Shown: in pieces, positions 25,795 to 35,879 of the stretch
How the letters are laid out: each line of letters starts with the position of its first letter
Numbering within the stretch: position 1 is the stretch's first letter
Assembly: GCA_946407895.1 (NCBI GenBank)
Contig: CAMJQA010000002.1
Location: forward strand, 41,878 to 105,877
Length of the DNA stretch: 64,000 nt
Origin: an uncultured Prevotellaceae bacterium
Lineage (GTDB): Bacteria; Bacteroidota; Bacteroidia; Bacteroidales; Bacteroidaceae
Direction: 5' to 3'
The notes under the pieces: generated by a model
Told to the model about the DNA's origin: nothing
The model's input: only the letters and a program-made list of their open reading frames with translations
Database searches by the model: none
Position numbers and translations under genes: made by a program

Positions 25795-27459
25795 CTATTT
25801 CACTATAAATTTCTTTCCGTTTGTGATGTAGATGCCAGGACGAAGGTTAGCAGTATTTATACGGCGGCCTTGCATATCGGTGACAGGAATTTTAGAGAAA
25901 GAGACTGCAAACTTGGGAATGTCTGAAACGTCAATTGTACCGGAGCTGAAGATGAAGCTGATGGTTCCGTCTGTCTCTGTGATTTCGCTTATGCTACATT
26001 CCAAAGTCAATTCGCCCAGTTCGTTGGGGTTATAGAGGGTGGCGGCAGGTGTCGTATTGGCGTTCAGTTCAGTCATTCCCTTGGTGCCAGGCCAGGGATC
26101 GCCGGCCAACTGGCTTACCGTGCTGTCCAAAAGGCGATTATCGGCAGGAATAATTGTCATCCGCTGGTGATTGCGTTGCGTATTGACGGTATTCTCTATC
26201 CATGCATTAGGGTCGAAATCTACGTGCAGGATGAGCATCCCGTGGCCGTATGCAGCTGTATCCCAACTTTCGTGCTGGTGATTCTCGATAAGATAATATT
26301 CGCGCGCGCACGCGCTATTATATATAATGTATGCTTCCGGTGCGCTGGTTATGGGCTGCATGTTTTCGACCTTCTGATTCCCTGCCAGCACGTTGGGTCG
26401 CAGCCAACCGCAGTACATACGCTCGTAGCTTGTGTAGCTTGCCGGGCATCGACCATTACCGTCTCCGTTGTAACAGCCGTGGTCCATGACATCCCAATCC
26501 ATCATTCCGGGTGCTGAACCTATTGTGTCATACATATCCGGCAGGCAGAGGCAGTGACTGAACTCATGGCAGGCTGATCCAACACCATCGATAGTGCTAC
26601 CTGAATGTCCGGCCAGTTCACAGCTGCAGGCGTACGTGTCTATCTCTACGCCATCCAAACTCAGGGGACCTTCTCCGTCGTTAAAAGCTGCAGCCTCTGT
26701 CAACGTCCACTCATGTGGCCATATCGTGTTGATTCCAGCTCCCTGCGACTCGCCGTATCCAGCGTAGATAATATAAACTTGATCAACCCATCCGTCACCG
26801 TCCCAGTCGTAGTCCGCAAAATTGACCTCGGCGTCAGCAATTCTGCAGGCTTCGGAAATCATCTCTCCGGGGTGTAAGTCTTCGCCATTGCTGTCATTCT
26901 TTCCGTAATAGCTCATGTCCTTGCTGAGTGTTATGGGCCCAGCGATGTCGAAGTTAATGTCAAGCTGTCCATAGCTTTGGTCAAGGAAATAGTCGCGCAC
27001 ACTACCCTGCATGCCGAACTCCCGATAGCCTGACTGGTTGAAAAAATTATTAAAGTCGTTTCTGCTGTATGTAAGCTGGCGATCAGCAAAATTTACGAGA
27101 ATGACGAGTCCGCACTTGCTGCCCGTTATGGGATTCATCTCATCCCCCCATGCACGTGTCTGTTTCATCTTCATCTGCTTTCGTATGCGCCGCGTGTTGG
27201 CCTTCGCGAGACGTTCGGTGTGTATTGCAGAGAGTGAATCGAGGCTGACGAAGCGGGCTATATCGCCGTCAGCCTCTGTCATGAGTGCTTGGCCATCATC
27301 TGTGAGATAATAGTGCAGATGTTCGTCACCAGACAGGGTGGCTTCTACTTTAGTGCCGTTACTGAGTCTAAGCCAGGTGCGTACTCTTTTAGCCGGAATG
27401 GCAAAAGTTGAAGTTGCGGCCATTATTGTGAGGATGGTAAGGACTAATCTCCTATGCAT
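25795..27459 (-). CDS. M6 family metalloprotease domain protein with T9SS C-terminal sorting domain
   Basis: HEFSHCLCLPD is an HExxHxxGxxD-type motif with Cys replacing Gly. The signal peptide starts at ATG 27459 (MHRRLVLTILTIMAATSTFA). The C-terminus ...GIYITNGKKFIVK is typical of a T9SS CTD. Confidence 0.75.
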   Translation of the reverse strand: MHRRLVLTILTIMAATSTFAIPAKRVRTWLRLSNGTKVEATLSGDEHLHYYLTDDGQALMTEADGDIARFVSLDSLSAIHTERLAKANTRRIRKQMKMKQTRAWGDEMNPITGSKCGLVILVNFADRQLTYSRNDFNNFFNQSGYREFGMQGSVRDYFLDQSYGQLDINFDIAGPITLSKDMSYYGKNDSNGEDLHPGEMISEACRIADAEVNFADYDWDGDGWVDQVYIIYAGYGESQGAGINTIWPHEWTLTEAAAFNDGEGPLSLDGVEIDTYACSCELAGHSGSTIDGVGSACHEFSHCLCLPDMYDTIGSAPGMMDWDVMDHGCYNGDGNGRCPASYTSYERMYCGWLRPNVLAGNQKVENMQPITSAPEAYIIYNSACAREYYLIENHQHESWDTAAYGHGMLILHVDFDPNAWIENTVNTQRNHQRMTIIPADNRLLDSTVSQLAGDPWPGTKGMTELNANTTPAATLYNPNELGELTLECSISEITETDGTISFIFSSGTIDVSDIPKFAVSFSKIPVTDMQGRRINTANLRPGIYITNGKKFIVK

Positions 27460-27469
27460 TGAAAGTATG

Positions 27470-29461
27470 TTATTTGATAAGTTTCTTGCGGGGGAGAGCT
27501 CCGTCCATGGGCTGAATAAGGTAAATGCCGCTGCGCAGGCCGAGGCGGTTAATCTCGTCGGCGTAGCAATTCGTGACGAATTGTCCGCCGATATTGAAGA
27601 CGCGCACAAGGCACTCACTTTCAGGGCGCAACTGGAGATTGTTTCCCTGAATCTGTATGGGGGCGGACTCACTCCACTCGCCGTTTAGATAGTCATCAGC
27701 CAGGGGCTGCACTTGGAATACGTACTGATTTCCACTTGAAAGGCCGTCGAAGCGACATTTCAGGCCCTGTACGCTGTCATGACGCTCCAGCAGGACATCG
27801 TCATTCCAAAGTTCTACGTTATAGTACTTGGCACCGGGAACCTCGTCCCACTGTGCGGTGAAGCCTTCGTCACTAATCTCTGTTGGCATAAGGTTAGCTG
27901 CCTTGGGCAATGTACCGAGTGGGCAGATTTTCAGGGTGATGATGCCTTCTGTCTCCTGAATGTCCAGTATAGGTTTGCTCATGTACTTGCCCGTAAAGAC
28001 GACACTGGCCGGTGTTGTTTCGTCTGTCAGTTCGTGGTTTCCGGTTTTACCAGGAAAGAGCTGTCCCTCCAAAGTCGTAATGTATTCTTCGTCACTCTTC
28101 GCCGTGTATGAACCTTGATATAGGTTGTTTGCGGCTATCACCGTCATGCGCTGGTGATATTTGTCGGTGTTCACAGAGTTGGCACTCCATAGCGAGGATG
28201 AATAATCTACGTGCGTCACTTGCAGCCCGGTTGCAATACGGCCCAATCTCGTATCCCACCCCATTCCCTGACGGTTCTCTAAGATGTAGTATTCGTTGGC
28301 GTTCTTCTCGTTCACCACTTTGTATCCCCCGCCACCTTCGGCAAAGCATGGTATGTGCAAGGTTGAGGGTTCTGTTATGGTTGTCATGCTCTCCCACCCC
28401 ATAAAGTCGCGCTCATAGGCAGTATAGTTTACTGGGTGGTAACCATCACCACAGTATTCGCCGTAATCCATGACGCTCCAGATGTCCATGCCGAAAGCCG
28501 TGCCGCGTGTGTCGTAGAAATCGGGCAGTCCCAAGGCATGGCTCAGCTCGTGAATGAAGACACCGATGCCGTCAGCCTTTGTTGCTACTATATTTCCCTG
28601 TGCATCCCTCTGGCTGGGCTGTAGTTCACAGCATGCGGCGCTCGTAGCGAAACAGATGTCGTCTATGGTGATGCTTGTGGTCGTTTCCTTTGGCCATATT
28701 GCGTCTGAGCCACCGCCATTGTTCTGTCCGAGTCCAGCATATAGGAAATAGAGCATGTCCACTCTGTTATCCCCATCGTTGTCGAAGACGGTCCAGTCGA
28801 CCTCCAGCTCCAATGCCTTCTTGATTGCCTCCTTCCTGAAATCATTGTAGTTCTCGTCATGTTGAAGCACGCTTCCGCGGTCGTTCATTCGGTCAGCACC
28901 GTAATGGGCATAGCAACTGTCGAGCCGTACGGGCCCTATCACTACAAACTCGGGGTCAAATTGGCTTTGGCTCTGCTCGACGAAGTAATCCTTGATGCTG
29001 CCGTAGCTGCCGTGCCCGGTGTAGCGTTCGCCGTTGCGCAGGCCATTACAATACTGGTCGTAATATGACAAGAGTGAGTCGCGTGAATGCCTGATAGTGA
29101 ATGGCAAATCCTTGAACTCCACAAGTAAGAGCGGTACGTATTTGCGTCCCTCGCTGGAGAGCGATGCACTGGCATGACTGCCTATACGTCTTGCATGCCG
29201 GCTTGACATCGACTGTTCCAGGGCCTCTATATCATCCTCTTCCCTCTCTCCCAGTTCATATCCGAGATGGGTTTTAAGGACGATGCGCCCGTCATCGGTA
29301 AGGTAATAGGATACATCCTGATTGCCTATCAAAGTAGCCTCTACGTTAGAGCCGTCAGTCAGGACAAAGGTGCGTCGCAGCCGCTTGGAGGGGACTGCAA
29401 ATATTGTAATGGCGGACATAAAAAGCAAAACTGCCGCGAAAAACCTTCTCAACATAAGCAT
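27470..29461 (-). CDS. M6 family metalloprotease domain protein with FN3-like module and T9SS C-terminal sorting domain
   Basis: HELSHALGLPD is a canonical HExxHxxGxxD. The signal peptide starts at ATG 29461 (MLMLRRFFAAVLLFMSAITIFA). The FN3-like stretch is FTAQWDEVPGAKYYNVELW. The C-terminus is GIYLIQP...KKLIK. Confidence 0.75.
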   Translation of the reverse strand: MLMLRRFFAAVLLFMSAITIFAVPSKRLRRTFVLTDGSNVEATLIGNQDVSYYLTDDGRIVLKTHLGYELGEREEDDIEALEQSMSSRHARRIGSHASASLSSEGRKYVPLLLVEFKDLPFTIRHSRDSLLSYYDQYCNGLRNGERYTGHGSYGSIKDYFVEQSQSQFDPEFVVIGPVRLDSCYAHYGADRMNDRGSVLQHDENYNDFRKEAIKKALELEVDWTVFDNDGDNRVDMLYFLYAGLGQNNGGGSDAIWPKETTTSITIDDICFATSAACCELQPSQRDAQGNIVATKADGIGVFIHELSHALGLPDFYDTRGTAFGMDIWSVMDYGEYCGDGYHPVNYTAYERDFMGWESMTTITEPSTLHIPCFAEGGGGYKVVNEKNANEYYILENRQGMGWDTRLGRIATGLQVTHVDYSSSLWSANSVNTDKYHQRMTVIAANNLYQGSYTAKSDEEYITTLEGQLFPGKTGNHELTDETTPASVVFTGKYMSKPILDIQETEGIITLKICPLGTLPKAANLMPTEISDEGFTAQWDEVPGAKYYNVELWNDDVLLERHDSVQGLKCRFDGLSSGNQYVFQVQPLADDYLNGEWSESAPIQIQGNNLQLRPESECLVRVFNIGGQFVTNCYADEINRLGLRSGIYLIQPMDGALPRKKLIK

Positions 29462-29527
29462 TTCATTTGTTTTTTCAGTGCAAAAATACAAAAAAAGCTT
29501 CATTGCAGCAAAAAAATATCATAATCA

Positions 29528-29558
29528 TTTGCAGATTCAAGAAAAATGTCTACCTTTG
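29528..29558 (+). promoter_or_regulatory. Bacteroidetes sigma-A type promoter for tRNA-Ala
   Basis: TTTG (29528-29531), a 19-bp spacer, then TACCTTTG (29551-29558). It lies 20 bp before the tRNA 5' end. Confidence 0.6.
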
Positions 29559-29576
29559 CAGCGCAAAAGACAATTA

Positions 29577-29651
<75 letters not shown>

Positions 29652-29658
29652 CTAAAAT

Positions 29659-29686
29659 AGACGACCCCTTGAGGCCGTCTTTTTTG
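29659..29686 (+). terminator. intrinsic terminator after tRNA-Ala
   Basis: The stem is AGACGACC / GGCCGTCT with one mismatch, followed by TTTTTT. Confidence 0.65.
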
Positions 29687-29735
29687 TACAAGTTCAACAA
29701 CATCAGAAATCAGAAAGTCATTTAACAACAACGCT

Positions 29736-31616
29736 ATGAAAAGAACTTTGTTTAGCAAGATAATCATTCTGCTTGCAGTATTCCCTACTGCAATGCAGAC
29801 CAGAGCTGCCAGTTTGCTCGTAGAAACAGAATCGTTTAGTCATAAAGGTGGGTGGATGATTGACCAGCAGTTCATGGACGAAATGGGCTCACCCTACCTG
29901 CTGGCTCATGGCATGGGAATCCCCGTTGAAGATGCCTCTACGGAAATCCTTCTGCCTCAGATAGCCACATATTATATTTATGTAAGGACATTCAACTGGA
30001 CGTCGCCATGGTATCAAGGTTCCGGTCCAGGAGCATTCCAGCTGCTATTCAATGGGAAAAAAACCACAACGAAGCCTTTGGGGGCTGAGGGAAGCCAGTG
30101 GAACTGGCAAGCGGCCGGCCTGGTCAAGGTAAGAAACACAGGTGCTACAATTGCGTTACACGACCTGACGGGATTTGACGGCCGGTGCGATGCCATCTAC
30201 TTTACCACGGAGCCTAATGACGTGCCTCCCTCAGACGTCAACTTATTGATGCGACTGCGCAGGCAAATGCTTAACCAACCAGCGGACCCCCAGCCGGCAG
30301 GTAACTTCGACATGGTAGTATGTGGAGCTGGTACGGCCGGCATCTGTGCTGCTGCAGCGGCTGCACGTCTTGGCCTGAAGGTAGCCCTCATCAATGACCG
30401 TCCAGTCTTGGGCGGAAACAATAGTTCCGAGATTCGAGTCCATATGGGGGGGCGCATTAACGCTGGGCTCTATCCGCGTTTAGGTGACATGCAGAAAGAA
30501 TTCAATCCAATTCGTGGCGGTAACGCGCAACCTGCTGATTATTATGAAGATGGTAAGAAACTTGAATTCGTTAATTCAGAGCCTAATATCGAGCTGTTCT
30601 TGAACTTCCACGTCAATGATGTAGTTATGAAGGACAGCAGAATTCAGGCTGTGATAGCTCAGCACATAGAGAGCGGTGTACGTATGTCTTTTACAGCTCC
30701 CCTTTTCTGCGACTGTACTGGCGACGGTACTGTCGGATATCTCTCAGGAGCTGATTACAGGATGGGACGTGAGGGACGGGCAGAGTTCAACGAGTCGCGA
30801 GCTCCCGAGCAGGCCGACTCCATGACCCTTGGTGCTTCGGTGATGTGGTATTCCGTACCTGAAGAAAAGGCATCAAGTTTTCCCGAGTTCTCCTACGGCA
30901 TGCATTTCAACGCCCAAAACTGTGAACGTGTAACGATGGGAGAATGGACATGGGAGACGGGTATGGACATCGACAAAACGAAGCATCTGGAGCGTGTGCG
31001 AGATTACGGTATGCTTGTCATTTATGCCAACTGGAGTTACCTGAAGAACCATCTGCCTGACTCTCTAGGGTATGGTAAGCGACGACTGGGATGGGTGTCT
31101 TTTATGGTTGGCAAACGCGAGAGTCGTCGTCTGCTGGGCGACTATATCATGAAGCAGGACGATATGACCCGTTACATCTTGCACGAAGACGGTACGGCTG
31201 CAGCCACCTGGACCATAGACCTGCACTATCCTGACCCGGCTAACAGCGCAAACTTCCCTGGTGCTGAGTTCAAGGCCAAGACGGAGCACACAAGCATATA
31301 CCCCTACCCCATTCCATATCGCTGTCTTTACTCGAGAAATGTTGACAACCTCTTTATGGCCGGGCGCTGCATCAGCGTCACCCACGTTGCGCACGGAAGT
31401 ATACGCGTCATGCGGACTACGGGTATGATGGGCGAAGTTGTGGGTATGGCGGCCAGCTTATGCAGACGTCACGATTGTCTGCCCAGATCCATTTATTGGC
31501 ACTATTTACCTGAGCTGAAGGCGCTGATGAAGCAGGGCATTGGGCATACCGGTGTAGTAAATGACCAAGGTTACAATGCAGGTGGTGGACTGAGTGAGCC
31601 GCCACATGTAAAGTAG
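29736..31616 (+). CDS. secreted FAD-dependent oxidoreductase with about 170-aa N-terminal non-FAD domain
   Basis: The signal peptide is IIILLAVFPTAMQTRA. The dinucleotide fold is VVCGAGTAGICAAAAAARLG...GGNNSSE. It is a paralog of the CDS at 62415..64000. Confidence 0.8.
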   Translation: MKRTLFSKIIILLAVFPTAMQTRAASLLVETESFSHKGGWMIDQQFMDEMGSPYLLAHGMGIPVEDASTEILLPQIATYYIYVRTFNWTSPWYQGSGPGAFQLLFNGKKTTTKPLGAEGSQWNWQAAGLVKVRNTGATIALHDLTGFDGRCDAIYFTTEPNDVPPSDVNLLMRLRRQMLNQPADPQPAGNFDMVVCGAGTAGICAAAAAARLGLKVALINDRPVLGGNNSSEIRVHMGGRINAGLYPRLGDMQKEFNPIRGGNAQPADYYEDGKKLEFVNSEPNIELFLNFHVNDVVMKDSRIQAVIAQHIESGVRMSFTAPLFCDCTGDGTVGYLSGADYRMGREGRAEFNESRAPEQADSMTLGASVMWYSVPEEKASSFPEFSYGMHFNAQNCERVTMGEWTWETGMDIDKTKHLERVRDYGMLVIYANWSYLKNHLPDSLGYGKRRLGWVSFMVGKRESRRLLGDYIMKQDDMTRYILHEDGTAAATWTIDLHYPDPANSANFPGAEFKAKTEHTSIYPYPIPYRCLYSRNVDNLFMAGRCISVTHVAHGSIRVMRTTGMMGEVVGMAASLCRRHDCLPRSIYWHYLPELKALMKQGIGHTGVVNDQGYNAGGGLSEPPHVK

Positions 31617-31666
31617 TAGCGTTTTTCAGTCTATCTTGCTTGGGCTTAGGCCGGTTCTCTTGGAAT

Positions 31667-33568
31667 TCAAACCAGTTCGCTGAGCTCAAGCCATCTCATG
31701 GACTTTTCATCGAGCTCGTTGTTCAGTAAGGGCAGGCGGATGCTCATGCTCGTGATTTCATCCACCGAGATAGTGCCGCTGCTTAGTGCCGCTTCTATGG
31801 CGGCTTTTTCCTTCTCAAGGGCATCTATCTCCTGCTCCAGTTTTTGGAATTCCTGTTTCTCCTTGAACGACATCTTTCGGGGTCTTGTAGCATTTTTCTC
31901 ATTTTTATCATTTTTATCCCGTTTCTCGTTCTTCTCCTTTTTCCCCTTCTCCTCTGTGTGAGCTGGATTTGCCTTTGACAAGTCATCCTCCATAGCCTCC
32001 CATTCTCTGAACTGCGTGTAGTTGCCGGGGAAATCCTTCACTACACCGTTTCCTTTGAATACCAGCAGATGATCAACGACTTTGTCCATGAAGTAACGGT
32101 CGTGGCTCACGACGATGACGCAGCCGTGGAAGTCCTGCAGGTACTGTTCCAGCAATTGCAGGGTTACTATGTCCAAATCGTTCGTCGGTTCGTCCAAGAT
32201 GAGGAAGTTCGGACTTTGCATGAGTACGGTGCACAGGTATAGGCGTCGTTTCTCGCCGCCGGATAGCTTGTATATGTAGTTCTGCTGCTGTAGTGGGCTA
32301 AACATGAAGTGTTGAAGGAACTGCATTGCATTCAGGTGTCTGCCACCGCCCAAATCGACGTATTCAGCTGTCTTGCGTACGGCATCAATGACCTTCATTT
32401 GCTCGTCGAACTTAATGCCCTCCTGGCTGAAATAGCCAAAGCGTACGGTCTCGCCGACAACGAATCTGCCCGAGGTGGGTGGCACTAGTCCCAGCAGCAT
32501 ACGGATGAAGGTTGTCTTTCCGGTGCCGTTAGCTCCGACTATGCCCATCTTTTCGTATCGTGAGAAATTGTAGTAGAAGTCGTGCAGGATAACTTTGTCT
32601 CCAAATGACTTCGAAACGTATTGTGCCTCGAAGATATTGCTGCCAATGTAGGTGGATTTCATTTCCAGCCTTACCTGCTGCTGTTCCAGGTTGCGCTTTG
32701 CCTGCTGTTCCAGCTCGTAGAAGGCTTCTTCACGATATCGTGCCTTGTGGCCTCGTGCCTGAGGCATGCGTCGCATCCACTCTAGCTCCGTGCGGTACAG
32801 GTTATTGGCCCGCGCTACTTCGCTTCGTGCCGCGTCCAGCCGTTCCTGTCGTTTCTCCAGGTAGTAGTTATAGTTGCCGCGGTAGGTGTAGAGCGTCTTA
32901 TCGTCTAGTTCTAATATTATTGAGCATACGCGGTCCAGAAAGTAGCGGTCGTGTGTGACCATGAGCAGAGTGACGTGGCTGCGGCTCAGGTAGTCCTCGA
33001 GCCACTCAATCATCTGCAGGTCGAGGTGGTTCGTGGGTTCGTCAAGGATAAGCATGTCGGGTTCTGTGATAAGCACGTTGGCTAATGCCACCCGCTTTAC
33101 TTGTCCGCCCGATAACTGCTCCACGGGCTTGTCAAAGTCGGTGATTTTCAGCTTGCTGAGGATGCTTTTGCTCTGCCTTTCATAGTCCCATGCCTTGCGA
33201 TGTTCCATCTGGTCAAGAATCTCCTGTAGGCCGGGATTGCCAGGCGTAGCCATGCATTGCTCATATTCGCGGATGAGGTTGGTGGTTTCGTTTCCGTGCC
33301 AGAAGCAAGCCTCAATCACAGTCATCCCTGGCGGATATTGTGGAGCCTGCTCCAGATAGCCTATTCGCAGGTCCTTTCGATAGACTACATCCCCCTCGTC
33401 GGCATAGTCCTTACCGGCCAGTATGTTCAGGAGGGTTGACTTGCCTGTGCCGTTCTGTGCAATAAGCCCTATTTTCTGGGTCTGCGCAATGCCGAAGGAG
33501 ATGTCCCGGAAGAGTGTCCGGTCGCCCACATTACGCGTCAGTTCGTGTACTTGTAAATATGTAATCAT
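31667..33568 (-). CDS. ABC-F family ATPase (two ABC cassettes, no TM domain)
   Basis: Walker A motifs are NGTGKST and NGTGKTT. Signature motifs are LSGGQ and LSGGE. The C-terminus is a charged coiled coil. ATG 33568 (MITYLQVHEL) was chosen over the longer ORF. Confidence 0.85.
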   Translation of the reverse strand: MITYLQVHELTRNVGDRTLFRDISFGIAQTQKIGLIAQNGTGKSTLLNILAGKDYADEGDVVYRKDLRIGYLEQAPQYPPGMTVIEACFWHGNETTNLIREYEQCMATPGNPGLQEILDQMEHRKAWDYERQSKSILSKLKITDFDKPVEQLSGGQVKRVALANVLITEPDMLILDEPTNHLDLQMIEWLEDYLSRSHVTLLMVTHDRYFLDRVCSIILELDDKTLYTYRGNYNYYLEKRQERLDAARSEVARANNLYRTELEWMRRMPQARGHKARYREEAFYELEQQAKRNLEQQQVRLEMKSTYIGSNIFEAQYVSKSFGDKVILHDFYYNFSRYEKMGIVGANGTGKTTFIRMLLGLVPPTSGRFVVGETVRFGYFSQEGIKFDEQMKVIDAVRKTAEYVDLGGGRHLNAMQFLQHFMFSPLQQQNYIYKLSGGEKRRLYLCTVLMQSPNFLILDEPTNDLDIVTLQLLEQYLQDFHGCVIVVSHDRYFMDKVVDHLLVFKGNGVVKDFPGNYTQFREWEAMEDDLSKANPAHTEEKGKKEKNEKRDKNDKNEKNATRPRKMSFKEKQEFQKLEQEIDALEKEKAAIEAALSSGTISVDEITSMSIRLPLLNNELDEKSMRWLELSELV

Positions 33569-33629
33569 CGCTTTTTTGCTGCAAAAGTAGGAAAAAAAGA
33601 GCAATATTGGAATATTTGTGACTCCAAAA

Positions 33630-33661
33630 TTTGGAGAATACACAGAAATGGCGTACCTTTG
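33630..33661 (+). promoter_or_regulatory. Bacteroidetes sigma-A type promoter for rho
   Basis: TTTG (33630-33633), a 20-bp spacer, then TACCTTTG (33654-33661). This predicts a leader of about 80 nt. Confidence 0.5.
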
Positions 33662-33747
33662 TGCTGTTTTAAGAGACGGGCAGGAATCACTGCCTACAGT
33701 TTTTCCCCAAAATAACATTATTTATATTAATTATAAAGCGATAAGCT

Positions 33748-35814
33748 ATGTATCACACAATGAGTGAACTCGAAGCCTTGAGCCTTGACGAACTGAAAGC
33801 TCTGGCTAAAGAAATGAACGTTGAGATTAGTGAAGACGTTACCAATCAGATATATAACATCCTGGATGCCGAGGCCATCTTGAAATCAAAGGAGCCTAAG
33901 GAACCAGCCAAGCGTGGACGCAAGTCGAAAGCCGAGAAAGAGGCTTTGGCAAAGGCACAGGAACAAGACAAGGAGGATAAAGCTAAGTCGGCCGCAAAAG
34001 CCCAAAAGCAGGCCAGGAAGAGCAAGGAGGAAACGCAGCCCAAGGCTGAGGAGCTGGCTGAGATGAAGCCCGAAGCCAAGTCCGAGGAAAAGAGCGGGAC
34101 GAAGTCTGAGGAGAAGCAGCCTGCAAAACGCGGACGCAAGCCCAAGGCTGAGACTGTGATGGCTCAGGATACACAGGAACAGTCCGATTCCGTGGCCTTG
34201 GCTGCTACTTCCGATTCTGAGGCTCCTTCCGAAGCCCAGCCTACAGAGGTAGAGGAAGCTCCCGCCGAAGCCGTAGCCGAGGCAGCCTCTGAGTCTCCCG
34301 CGCCTGAGAAGAAGCGCCGCAAACGCATTGGTGAAGCCAAGGCCGAGGCCGTAAGGGCTATGGAGGAGCTGAAGAAGATGGAGGCTGAGAAACGGGCCGA
34401 GAAACGCACCGAACGCATGGAAGAGGCTGCCTCGTCTGAGGAAGATGCCATAGAGGCAGCTGAGCCGGAGGAGCTGGCACCCAGTGGAATGGGATATGCC
34501 GGGCCCGATGACTTCATCATCATACAGGACATTCCCAACGAGGAGGAGCAGGCGCTAGCATTTTTGGCCGAGCGTAATTTGGCCGCTGAGGCACACGACG
34601 CGGCATTCCGTAAGGTGGAACCTGCCCCCGAGGCACGCTCCGAGCCGGAACTACAGCCGCAGCAACAGCTCTCTGAGGAAGACAGGCGCTTCGACTTCGG
34701 AGAGAATATACGCGGCGAGGGGGTACTTGAGGTTATGAACGAGGGATACGGTTTCCTGCGCAGCAGCGACTACAATTACCTTTCGAGCCCCGACGATATC
34801 TACGTAAGCGCGCAGACCATACGCCACTTCGGGCTCAAGACGGGCGACGTGGTGGAAGGACCCGTGCGTCCTCCCCGCGAGAGCGAGAAGTACTTCCCCC
34901 TGCTAAAGGTAACTACCATAAATGGATGCAATCCTGAGATGGTGCGTGACCGCAGCCCCTTTGAGAACCTCACTCCCCTATTCCCCGACCAGAAGTTCAA
35001 GCTCTGTAGCGGGCGCAACGACTCCATATCGGCTCGTGTCGTTGACCTGTTTGCACCCATCGGAAAAGGTCAGCGCGCACTCATTGTGGCGCAGCCCAAA
35101 ACGGGTAAGACGCTGTTGCTGAAGGATATAGCCAACGCCATAGCCGCCAATCACCCTGAGGCATACCTGATGATGCTGCTTATCGACGAACGTCCGGAGG
35201 AGGTTACTGATATGGCCCGCACCGTCAAGGCCGAGGTTATTGCCAGCACCTTCGACGAGCCCGCCGACCGCCACGTGAAGATAGCCGGCATTGTGCTGGA
35301 GAAGGCAAAACGTATGGTGGAGTGCGGCCATGACGTGGTCATCTTTCTCGATTCCATCACCCGCTTGGCACGCGCCTACAACACCGTATCGCCTGCTAGC
35401 GGAAAGGTGCTCAGCGGCGGTGTGGATGCCAATGCCCTGCACAAACCCAAGCGATTCTTCGGTGCCGCACGCAACATAGAGAACGGCGGCAGCCTGACCA
35501 TCATAGCCACTGCCCTCATCGACACGGGCAGCAAGATGGACGAGGTTATCTTCGAGGAGTTCAAGGGCACCGGCAACATGGAACTGCAGCTCGACCGCAT
35601 GCTCAGCAACAAGCGCATCTTCCCCGCCGTGAATATTGTGGCCAGCTCAACTCGTCGCGACGACCTGCTCCAGGATTCCATGACGCTCGACCGCATGTGG
35701 ATCCTGCGCAAGTTCCTCAGCGACATGAACCCCATCGAGGCCATGAACGAAGTGAAGTCGCGCCTTGAGGGCACTAAGAACAACGAGGAATTCCTCATGA
35801 GTATGAACTCCTGA
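33748..35814 (+). CDS. rho: transcription termination factor Rho with long charged N-terminal insertion
   Basis: It has a Rho_N-like [15 protein letters not shown], about 290 aa of K/E/A-rich sequence, then GYGFLR (RNA-binding), AQPKTGKT (Walker A) and RMWILRK. Confidence 0.95.
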   Translation: MYHTMSELEALSLDELKALAKEMNVEISEDVTNQIYNILDAEAILKSKEPKEPAKRGRKSKAEKEALAKAQEQDKEDKAKSAAKAQKQARKSKEETQPKAEELAEMKPEAKSEEKSGTKSEEKQPAKRGRKPKAETVMAQDTQEQSDSVALAATSDSEAPSEAQPTEVEEAPAEAVAEAASESPAPEKKRRKRIGEAKAEAVRAMEELKKMEAEKRAEKRTERMEEAASSEEDAIEAAEPEELAPSGMGYAGPDDFIIIQDIPNEEEQALAFLAERNLAAEAHDAAFRKVEPAPEARSEPELQPQQQLSEEDRRFDFGENIRGEGVLEVMNEGYGFLRSSDYNYLSSPDDIYVSAQTIRHFGLKTGDVVEGPVRPPRESEKYFPLLKVTTINGCNPEMVRDRSPFENLTPLFPDQKFKLCSGRNDSISARVVDLFAPIGKGQRALIVAQPKTGKTLLLKDIANAIAANHPEAYLMMLLIDERPEEVTDMARTVKAEVIASTFDEPADRHVKIAGIVLEKAKRMVECGHDVVIFLDSITRLARAYNTVSPASGKVLSGGVDANALHKPKRFFGAARNIENGGSLTIIATALIDTGSKMDEVIFEEFKGTGNMELQLDRMLSNKRIFPAVNIVASSTRRDDLLQDSMTLDRMWILRKFLSDMNPIEAMNEVKSRLEGTKNNEEFLMSMNS

Positions 35815-35879
35815 TGGTTATCGGTAGCGGTAATCGGCTGAGCCGAGCGCAATCATCTATTATCAATTCTCTAAGCACA

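Noticed and set aside
25795-27672. Long N-terminal extensions in the ORF track. Examples are 25795..27672, 27470..29503, 31667..33718, 35814.., 41084..41914, 41823.., 46539.., 8828..9793, 9759.. and 7326..8831.
   Set aside because: The extensions overlap neighbouring genes or promoter boxes and lack signal-peptide logic. An internal ATG in each case gives a canonical family N-terminus or a signal peptide/lipobox.
30057-30064. An A8 homopolymer inside the FAD-oxidoreductase CDS considered as a phase-variation switch.
   Set aside because: A single 8-nt tract encoding KK is common. There is no evidence of frameshifted variants or alternative in-frame products in this sequence.
33669-33747. The rho leader hairpin (GGCAGGAATCACTGCC, followed by TACAGTTTTTCC) considered as an attenuator or riboswitch.
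   Set aside because: The stem is only 4-5 bp with no conserved riboswitch core that I can recognise. It may contribute to Rho autoregulation but is unsupported from sequence alone.
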